Positions 57,237 through 64,000 of a DNA stretch of 64,000 bases are shown piece by piece. The position numbers and the translations under genes were made by a program. The DNA is taken from positions 1-64,000 of IMG/VR virus record IMGVR_UViG_3300042371_000472. The stretch is one strand, 5' to 3'. Every line of letters begins with the position of its first letter. Position 1 is the stretch's first letter. Origin of the DNA: a virus. Under the pieces are notes generated by a model, which worked only from the letters and a program-made list of their open reading frames with translations, did no database searches and was not told the DNA's origin.

Positions 57237-57671
57237 ATGCCCAAAATTATTAGACAAGAACCAGCACCGTCTGAGGACAACTACATCCACAGGCTTACCG
57301 AGGAATACCTCAAGGCAAAGACCTTCAGTGATTTAGCCACTGCCCGTACCGAAGAATTCAAAAAAGAGTTGTCAGCGTTAGTTGATGCCGAAGGTTATGC
57401 CGACCACAAGGGAAGCAAGTGGATTGAGACCAAGGGCGGTATCCAGTTAAAGCGTGAGCGCCGTGTCTCAGTTTCGCTCAATCATGAGTCTGCTCGTGCA
57501 TGGGCTGAGAAGAATGACCTATGGGATCAGATATCTGTTACCGTACAGATGCTTGACGAAGACGCCCTCGCCACAGTGGCTTGGGAACACCCACAACTGC
57601 AATCAGAAATCCAGGAACTGTACTCCGAAAAGGAATCGTGGGCTTTTAAGGTTATTGAACCTAAAAAGTAA
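57237..57671 (+). CDS. Hypothetical protein
   Basis: AAGGAGG RBS. Confidence 0.75.
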   Translation: MPKIIRQEPAPSEDNYIHRLTEEYLKAKTFSDLATARTEEFKKELSALVDAEGYADHKGSKWIETKGGIQLKRERRVSVSLNHESARAWAEKNDLWDQISVTVQMLDEDALATVAWEHPQLQSEIQELYSEKESWAFKVIEPKK

Positions 57672-57704
57672 TACATGATAACCTTAAACCAAAGGGAGGC
57701 AGTC

Positions 57705-57887
57705 ATGTCTAAGTCAATAACCGATCAAGTACCTCCCGGGAGATGGGAATGTCCGAAATGTGGCTCTCTACTGGAGACAATGATCCCAACGAACGGACCC
57801 CCTCTGTGTTCCCGACACACTGGTGGCGCCGTTCCGTTCGTAGCGACAACGAAGAAACCTGCGAAGGAGACTCCGAGTTCATCCTGA
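57705..57887 (+). CDS. Zinc-finger mini-protein
   Basis: CPKC...CSRH; GGAGG RBS. Confidence 0.65.
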   Translation: MSKSITDQVPPGRWECPKCGSLLETMIPTNGPPLCSRHTGGAVPFVATTKKPAKETPSSS

Positions 57888-57889
57888 CC

Positions 57890-58054
57890 ATGGATGCTGT
57901 CGTCAGCCTATTACGCGTCATCTCTGTATGCCCAACCGAAGACTTAGCAAATGCACTATGCGACCCTGATACTGGTGTCTCACTAGATGAGCAGGAACGA
58001 TTAGTCATATGGTGCGATAACTTGGCAGATAATATTTCTAATTACGAGGACTAA
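57890..58054 (+). CDS. Small hypothetical protein
   Basis: Gap-filling ORF from MDAVVSLL. Confidence 0.45.
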   Translation: MDAVVSLLRVISVCPTEDLANALCDPDTGVSLDEQERLVIWCDNLADNISNYED

Positions 58055-58055
58055 A

Positions 58056-58484
58056 ATGGGGATTGACCCAATTGATTTGATGGGTGACCTGCCTAATTGG
58101 CCTGGTTCTCGTCCACCTAAAAATAGAGGAAAAAGTAAACCAATGGTCGTTGATACGGTCAATGGTGCAAAATCTAAGTATTACCGAATTAACGGTGAAG
58201 ATATAGAAATGTTTACAATTGGCGAAGCCGCGAGAGCATTAAACCGAACGGCAAGTACACTACGAATGTGGGAGCATCAAGGGTGGATACCAAAAACGAA
58301 CTACAGGACATCAGCGCCGAGGAAGCCTCAATTACCAAACAAAGTTCCGAAGGGTCGTCGCCTGTACACCCGCAAACAGGTAGAATTCCTGAAAGACTGT
58401 ATAAAGCGCTTCAACTTGGACGACAAAAACTCCAAGCAATGGAACGACTTTAGACATTACGCAATCACACACTGGCCCAAGTGA
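58056..58484 (+). CDS. MerR-like HTH DNA-binding protein
   Basis: FTIGEAARALNRTASTLRMWEHQGWIP...RRLYT. Confidence 0.85.
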   Translation: MGIDPIDLMGDLPNWPGSRPPKNRGKSKPMVVDTVNGAKSKYYRINGEDIEMFTIGEAARALNRTASTLRMWEHQGWIPKTNYRTSAPRKPQLPNKVPKGRRLYTRKQVEFLKDCIKRFNLDDKNSKQWNDFRHYAITHWPK

Positions 58485-58620
58485 CTTGGGAAATTATTAA
58501 GAAAAACGCGCCGAACAGCAAATCGCAAGATATGCTCGGTCACCAAGAACTTATCGGTCGCCAAAAGCGCCTGACAAGTAACCAATAAACACAAACACAA
58601 ACACACGAGAAAGAAAAATC

Positions 58621-59346
58621 ATGCCTAAGTACGATGATGACGACTTTGAGAAAGATGAAGTCGCTTACGAAGCCCCACGAAAGTCACGAGCCATTGAGGA
58701 CGATGACGACGACGATGACACCCCCGTGCGTAAATCAGCCAAGGTTGAAGACGCACCCCGCAAGTTAATCCGCGGTGGTTGGGAAGGCGTTAGCCAGTTG
58801 AAGTCCGCAGTCAGTGACTCTTCATATGCACAGCGCCTCAAGGTTACTGAGGAACCTGTAATTATCAAGTTCCTTGAATCTGCCCCCTATGCGGCTTATC
58901 GCCAGCATTGGATGGAGCGCACTGGTCAAAAGTCATTCACATGCATCGCAAATATTGATGAGCGTGGATGCCCACTATGCGAATCAGGTAACAAGCCCAG
59001 CAACAAGTTTGCTTTCAATGTGGCTCTCCTAATTCCAAACGAAGAACCTGTGCTCCGTTCATACGAAGTTGGCACCCGAGTTATTGACCAGTTGAAGAAC
59101 TTCAATGACGATCCACGCCAAGGACCACTCCCCAAGCACTATTGGGCTGTTTCACGCTCAGGCAAGGGTGCGACCACCGCTACCAACCATCAGTTGGTAA
59201 AGGCTCGTGACCTTGAAGAGGAATGGGGAGTCCAAGACTTGAGCGATGCCGAACTGACTAAGTTCCTTCGCCTTGCCTATACGGATGAGATTGTCCCGAT
59301 CCCTAACCGCAAGGACTTGCTCGCTGTCTCAGCGGAATATTCATGA
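58621..59346 (+). CDS. Single-stranded DNA-binding protein (Zn-binding, gp32-like)
   Basis: QHW...FTC...CPLC; acidic terminus; position before polymerase. Confidence 0.75.
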   Translation: MPKYDDDDFEKDEVAYEAPRKSRAIEDDDDDDDTPVRKSAKVEDAPRKLIRGGWEGVSQLKSAVSDSSYAQRLKVTEEPVIIKFLESAPYAAYRQHWMERTGQKSFTCIANIDERGCPLCESGNKPSNKFAFNVALLIPNEEPVLRSYEVGTRVIDQLKNFNDDPRQGPLPKHYWAVSRSGKGATTATNHQLVKARDLEEEWGVQDLSDAELTKFLRLAYTDEIVPIPNRKDLLAVSAEYS

Positions 59347-61442
59347 ACATCAGTGTTCGTAGCGAGGGGAGGGGCGTAACAACCCCTCCCCTTGTTGTTT
59401 CTACGATTGAAGAAATACACGAGATAGTTAAAATCGTGCAAAGCGTGGGCGCATTCGCATTTGATGTGGAGACACGCGGTGTAGTTGAGCGTCATGCCGA
59501 CGCCATGAATGCGTTCAACACTGAACTCAAACAGCACCTAGCCGACATGGTGTCTACATCCCAATCAGTTAGGGATGCCACACGCGAACGACTTATGGAT
59601 AAGTGGAGAGGCATTATTGCCCTTGACCCCTTGCGTAACGAAGTCTTTTGGATTGGTATTGCCACCGATGGCTACTCATGGGCTATCCCAATGGGTCATC
59701 TATGTGGCGAAGTCATCACACCCGAAGAGGTTGGTGACGGTTCAACCGTCCCCCCAACGGGTTACCGCAAGTTAAAGAAAGATGGCACTGAGTCAGAAGC
59801 AAAGACTCGGTATCGCATTCCCGCCGTATTCAGCGAACCACCACAACAATTATCTCGCTCTGATGTATTTCAAGCATTAGAACCATTGTTTTCTGACCCA
59901 AATATCATAAAGGTGGGTCACAATGTCAAGTTTGACGCCAGATCAATTCGCAAATACCTAAATGTTGAGTTGCCTATGTCAGGATTTATGGACACGATGC
60001 TCATGCAACACATCGTGAATGAAAATCTCAGTGGCTACAGCCTGACAAATTTAATCTCCTATAACTATGGTGGGCATGACGCCTACTACAAAGAGGGCAA
60101 ACTCGGCAAGATCATCAATACTGTGGCGTTCTCGTCGGCTACCAAATATGTACACCTAGATGTCCGCTGGACATGGATGCTGTACAAACGACTGTGGAAT
60201 CAGATCAAGAATAAAGCAGGTCTAAGAAATGCTCTTGATCAGGACATGATCGTACTCCGTGTCATTATGGACATGGAAGACATTGGTATTCCTGTTAAGA
60301 AAAGCGCCATGGTTGTCCTTGGTCGTGAACTGGATGGGCGTATGCGTGATCTGTTAAATGAGATGTCACAGTTCACCCCCTTAGGGTTCAACCCCGATAG
60401 TAATAAGAGCAAGCAAGAGTTCTTATTTAAAAGTAAGGCAGAGGGCGGTCTTGGTTTAAAGTCCCACAAGAAAACCGCCAAGGGAGCCTCGTCTGTTGAC
60501 GAAGAAGCACTGCGGTTTGTTGAAAAAGCACATCCCTTGATTCCTATGCTTCTTGAATGGCAGGAAATCAAGAAGATGAAATCAACCTATGTTGAGAGTC
60601 TTCTTCTAAAGTTGGTCAACAACAGCCTGCACCCGTCATACCACTTGCACCGAACCGCTACTGGACGCCTCTCGTCAAGTAACCCCAATCTACAAAACAT
60701 CCCAAGAGACTCAAGTATCCGCAGTTTGTTTGTTGCACCAGCCGGTCATACATTGCTCGTGGCTGACTATGATCAGATTGAACTAAGGGTTATGTGTATG
60801 TTTTCTAAGGATAAGAATATGAGTAAGTTCTTCCTTGAAGAGCAGGACATTCACGCTGGCGCCGCCGCTCTTGTCCTAAACAAACCAGTAGCAGATGTAA
60901 CCTCCGAAGAACGACAATTGGGCAAGGGAGTTAACTTCTTGACGGCATATGGCGGTGGTGCACAGAAACTTGCTAGTACTACGGGTATTACTGAAAATAG
61001 AGCACGAGAAGTAATTAATAACTATTACAAACAATTTAGCGGAATATCTTTGTGGAAGAAAACTGAAATAGTAAAAGCACAAATGTGCGGGCATGTCAAC
61101 ACACTGTCAGGTCGTCGTCGTCGGCTACCTGAACTTCACAGCCGTGATGACGGTGCACGAGCACGGGCAGAGCGCCAAGCCATCAATGCCATTGTTCAGG
61201 GTTCCGCGGCTGACATCTGTAAGATTGCTATGATTGATGTCCACGAAGCATTGAAGCCTTTCAATGCCAAGATATTAGTACAGGTACACGACGAATTAGT
61301 GGTAGCAGTTCCAAATGAAAATGTAGAAGAAGCACAAAAAGTAATGGTTCAAGCCATGGGTCACGACCGAATTATCAATGGCATCCCATTGAAGGTATCC
61401 TGTCATTCAGCAAATACATGGTCGGAGGCTAAGGGAAAATGA
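59343..61442 (+). CDS. polA: Family A DNA polymerase with 3'-5' exonuclease
   Basis: FDVET, GHNVKFD, TGRLSS, ADYDQIELR, R-x3-K-x2-NF-x3-YG, VHDE. Confidence 0.95.
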   Translation: MNISVRSEGRGVTTPPLVVSTIEEIHEIVKIVQSVGAFAFDVETRGVVERHADAMNAFNTELKQHLADMVSTSQSVRDATRERLMDKWRGIIALDPLRNEVFWIGIATDGYSWAIPMGHLCGEVITPEEVGDGSTVPPTGYRKLKKDGTESEAKTRYRIPAVFSEPPQQLSRSDVFQALEPLFSDPNIIKVGHNVKFDARSIRKYLNVELPMSGFMDTMLMQHIVNENLSGYSLTNLISYNYGGHDAYYKEGKLGKIINTVAFSSATKYVHLDVRWTWMLYKRLWNQIKNKAGLRNALDQDMIVLRVIMDMEDIGIPVKKSAMVVLGRELDGRMRDLLNEMSQFTPLGFNPDSNKSKQEFLFKSKAEGGLGLKSHKKTAKGASSVDEEALRFVEKAHPLIPMLLEWQEIKKMKSTYVESLLLKLVNNSLHPSYHLHRTATGRLSSSNPNLQNIPRDSSIRSLFVAPAGHTLLVADYDQIELRVMCMFSKDKNMSKFFLEEQDIHAGAAALVLNKPVADVTSEERQLGKGVNFLTAYGGGAQKLASTTGITENRAREVINNYYKQFSGISLWKKTEIVKAQMCGHVNTLSGRRRRLPELHSRDDGARARAERQAINAIVQGSAADICKIAMIDVHEALKPFNAKILVQVHDELVVAVPNENVEEAQKVMVQAMGHDRIINGIPLKVSCHSANTWSEAKGK
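59365..59401 (+). terminator. Terminator-like hairpin inside the 5' end of the polymerase ORF
   Basis: AGGGGAGGGG-cgtaacaa-CCCCTCCCCT-TGTTGTTT. Confidence 0.65.
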
Positions 61443-61924
61443 ACGAAGAGTATGAACCATTAAACCATAGGACATTTCTTCTCACCATGTCCCCACAGGA
61501 TGGTCAAGAGATTGCCGAGATGGCTGGTTTCTCGCTTCCCTCAGAAGAAGTCATGGAACAGGAAACTACAGATGTTATGGGTAAGTGGTTTACCCTAAAG
61601 GCTCTCGGGCTACTTGACGACATCCACAAATGCTCAGAATGGGTGTCCCATATCATCCAGTTGCAGAATGATCTTGACGAAAAAGAGGTTGATGTTTCTG
61701 TCGCCCTCTTTACTTCATTTGGTGTCTCACTTATAACCATGCTGTTAGATAACCAAGACATTAAAATCTGCGGTGAAATTCCATTGGTTATCCCACCCGA
61801 TGCACTCAGCCAGGTGATCTCAGTGATTAGTATGTTCACAATTGACCCTCCTGACTTTGACGACGAAGATGATGGATGGGACGCATATTTCAACGGAGAA
61901 CAGGAGGATGAAGACGATGAGTGA
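61439..61924 (+). CDS. Acidic hypothetical protein
   Basis: ATGA overlap, colinear. Confidence 0.7.
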   Translation: MNEEYEPLNHRTFLLTMSPQDGQEIAEMAGFSLPSEEVMEQETTDVMGKWFTLKALGLLDDIHKCSEWVSHIIQLQNDLDEKEVDVSVALFTSFGVSLITMLLDNQDIKICGEIPLVIPPDALSQVISVISMFTIDPPDFDDEDDGWDAYFNGEQEDEDDE

Positions 61925-62288
61925 CTGGTGGTCAAGAAAAATAGGTAATCAACCCTCACCCCCTCCTCGGACGCCTCCATCAACTATGCCGTCTAGTCCG
62001 AGTAACATTAGGTTCCCTCAGGTACAACAGCCTGCACCTCAGGCTCAGGCTCAAGTCCAAGCATCTATTGACGCAAACGGGGAAATAAACATGGGTGAAG
62101 CGATTCGTTCATGGAAGGGCGGGGAAGCATCTCGCCGTGAAACACATGATTGTCCCGACTGTGGTAGTAACCTAGTATTCAGCCGATCAAAAGCAATGAT
62201 TAATGGACATGCCCCAGCACCACGCTGTTACTGCTGTGGTTGGAATGGTAAATACACACAAGCAGACCAATCTTCTTGGTCTATCTAG
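61917..62288 (+). CDS. Zinc-ribbon protein
   Basis: MSDWW start; CPDC...CYCC. Confidence 0.7.
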   Translation: MSDWWSRKIGNQPSPPPRTPPSTMPSSPSNIRFPQVQQPAPQAQAQVQASIDANGEINMGEAIRSWKGGEASRRETHDCPDCGSNLVFSRSKAMINGHAPAPRCYCCGWNGKYTQADQSSWSI

Positions 62289-62309
62289 CAATCACCAAAC
62301 GGAGAACTA

Positions 62310-63323
62310 ATGGACACCTTTGAGTCAATCAAAGACATCATCAATAAGAAACATGGTGCCAACACCATCATCAAGGGTTCAGAGATGCGTAAAGAACTTC
62401 CCCGTATCACTACGGGAGTCTTGGCATTTGACCTGATGCTCGGCGGTGGTTGGCCTGTCAACCAGTGGTCTGAGATCATTGGAGACGAATCATCAGGTAA
62501 GACTGCCCTTGTTCTAAAGACAATCGCGGCTAACCAAGCCTTAGACCCCGACTGGGTCGTCCTATGGATCGCTGCTGAGGAGTTTGTTCCTGAGTATGCC
62601 CAAGCCATTGGTATTGACTTAGAGCGCATTTGGATTGTTGAAACCAACATCATGGAACAGGCGTACGACCTGATCACCAAGGCTCTAGATAACCGAGCCG
62701 TGGATTGCATCGTGGTTGACTCATTCCCAGCACTCATTCCTAACGATGAGAATGAAAAGATGATGGAAGAGTTCACCGTAGGTCTCGGTGCCCGACTCAC
62801 CAGCAAGTTTATGAAGAAGAGCGCCAAGGCTCAGAAGCGTTCAATGGTTAATGCCGACCGTGGTTGCACAGGTTTAATGATTAACCAGTGGCGCGAAAAG
62901 ATTGGTGTTATGTATGGTGACCCACGAACTACCCCTGGGGGTAAGGCTAAGAACTATCATTACTTCACTCGCGTAGAAGTTAAACGCGATGAGTGGATCA
63001 AGGAAAAAGACGAAGCCTTCGGTCAGGTCATCAAAGCGCGTACTTTAAAGAATAAGACTTACCGCCCACAACAGACAGCACAGGTTGATTTTTACTTTGC
63101 GGATGGTAGCGCCAGTGGTTTTAAACTCGGTGAGTTTGACACCATTAAAGATATCGTTAATATTGCTATTGCTATTAACGCCATCACACGCGCTGGTGCG
63201 TTCTACTCATTCAACGGTCAGAAATGGCAGGGTAAGGACGCTGTCCTTGCATCAGTCCGTGAAGACCTCGGTCTTAGGGATGCCCTCACTGAAGTCGCAC
63301 GAAACCATTTCGCTGTCAAATGA
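62310..63323 (+). CDS. recA: RecA-family recombinase
   Basis: GDESSGKT, IVVDS, INQWREKIGVMYGDPRTTPGG. Confidence 0.95.
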   Translation: MDTFESIKDIINKKHGANTIIKGSEMRKELPRITTGVLAFDLMLGGGWPVNQWSEIIGDESSGKTALVLKTIAANQALDPDWVVLWIAAEEFVPEYAQAIGIDLERIWIVETNIMEQAYDLITKALDNRAVDCIVVDSFPALIPNDENEKMMEEFTVGLGARLTSKFMKKSAKAQKRSMVNADRGCTGLMINQWREKIGVMYGDPRTTPGGKAKNYHYFTRVEVKRDEWIKEKDEAFGQVIKARTLKNKTYRPQQTAQVDFYFADGSASGFKLGEFDTIKDIVNIAIAINAITRAGAFYSFNGQKWQGKDAVLASVREDLGLRDALTEVARNHFAVK

Positions 63324-63652
63324 TCATTGGCTCAGACGGTAGCGAAAAGCGATACATTCAGAAGAAATCGCGCAAGCAAGAAGACCGAACAGCGTCTGCC
63401 TATAAGGGGAGCCGTAACGCTGGGTCAGGATCGGGTTGGTTGCGTAAGAATGATGTCAGATCAGAACATTTTCTTATTGAGAATAAGTTTACAGATAACC
63501 TTAAGTCTTACTCAATCAAGTTTACGGACCTCCGTGATCTAGAAACTGTGGCTATCAAAGAAGACCGAACACCAGTATTACAATTTGACTTAGGTGGCAA
63601 GAGGTATGTCATCCTGCGCGAAGACGACTTTTTGGAGATGATCAGTGAGTAG
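63320..63652 (+). CDS. Holliday junction resolvase-like PD-(D/E)XK nuclease
   Basis: QE-x3-A...GSG...NDV...IENK. Confidence 0.75.
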   Translation: MIIGSDGSEKRYIQKKSRKQEDRTASAYKGSRNAGSGSGWLRKNDVRSEHFLIENKFTDNLKSYSIKFTDLRDLETVAIKEDRTPVLQFDLGGKRYVILREDDFLEMISE

Positions 63653-64000
63653 CAGTAAATGGTTATTAGACCAGTTCAAAGAAAATGCCAAATCAACTGG
63701 ACGGATCGTACCAATTGTCCGAGTCCAGGCGTCATTAGAGAATGCCAATGGTCAGGCTAAGCGCGATACCTTAGGCTTACACCCCAGCGAAATCTGCAAG
63801 AAGGATTGGTGTCCGCGCTCGTCATGGTATGCAATTAAGGGTTTCCCTAAACCAGCCGAGACACTCACCTTTGGTCGCCTTAACATCTTTGCTGAAGGTA
63901 ACGCCATCCACCATAAGTGGCAACAGTGGTTACGAAACGCTGGAGTTCTACGGGGACTATTCAAGTGCAATGCCTGTGGGACTGTCTCAGAAGAAGACTT
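63645..64000 (+). CDS. Cas4-like/RecB-family exonuclease, partial (runs off window)
   Basis: GTG start; LHPSEIC-x3-WCPR-x3-Y...FAEGNAIHHKWQ. Confidence 0.7.
   Translation, partial: MSSSKWLLDQFKENAKSTGRIVPIVRVQASLENANGQAKRDTLGLHPSEICKKDWCPRSSWYAIKGFPKPAETLTFGRLNIFAEGNAIHHKWQQWLRNAGVLRGLFKCNACGTVSEED

Noticed and set aside
1-64000. Stop-codon reassignment
   Set aside because: Core genes are intact under code 11 and TAA, TAG and TGA all terminate genes
1-64000. tRNA/rRNA genes, integrase, transposase, introns, inteins
   Set aside because: None recognised by eye; terL, dnaB, polA and recA are uninterrupted (tRNAscan not run)

Overview
A 64-kb segment of a large myovirus (contractile-tail dsDNA phage), most likely infecting an Actinomycetota host (inferred from leaderless promoters, a Thr-rich exported protein and gene order resembling large actinobacterial myoviruses). 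Layout: a G-rich non-coding stretch (1-900); an array of small stand-alone effector-like genes (ParB-like x2, ADP-ribosyltransferase-like x2, four GNAT-like paralogs, duplicated acidic proteins, a glycosyltransferase-like/methyltransferase pair; 0.9-10 kb); membrane/exported proteins; tail fibres, a displaced spike domain and an M15 endolysin (12-21 kb); terminase, phosphoesterase, portal, scaffold, capsid, neck, sheath, tube, chaperone, tape measure and baseplate (22-50 kb); a minus-strand Dps plus basic mini-protein operon; and a replication module (HTH initiator with internal iterons, DnaC-like loader, DnaB, primase, SSB, PolA, RecA, resolvase, Cas4-like nuclease, truncated). Strongest leads: (1) recurrent QL-x-LF clamp-binding-like and H-[LIM]-x2-3-QF peptide tags on otherwise unrelated effector proteins; (2) a strongly enriched [G/S/A]-A-S motif in virion proteins, a possible glycosylation sequon; (3) a putative +1 frameshift at CUU-UUA in the tail chaperone; (4) leaderless and bidirectional promoters. 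All family calls come from motif recognition by eye; no searches were run.
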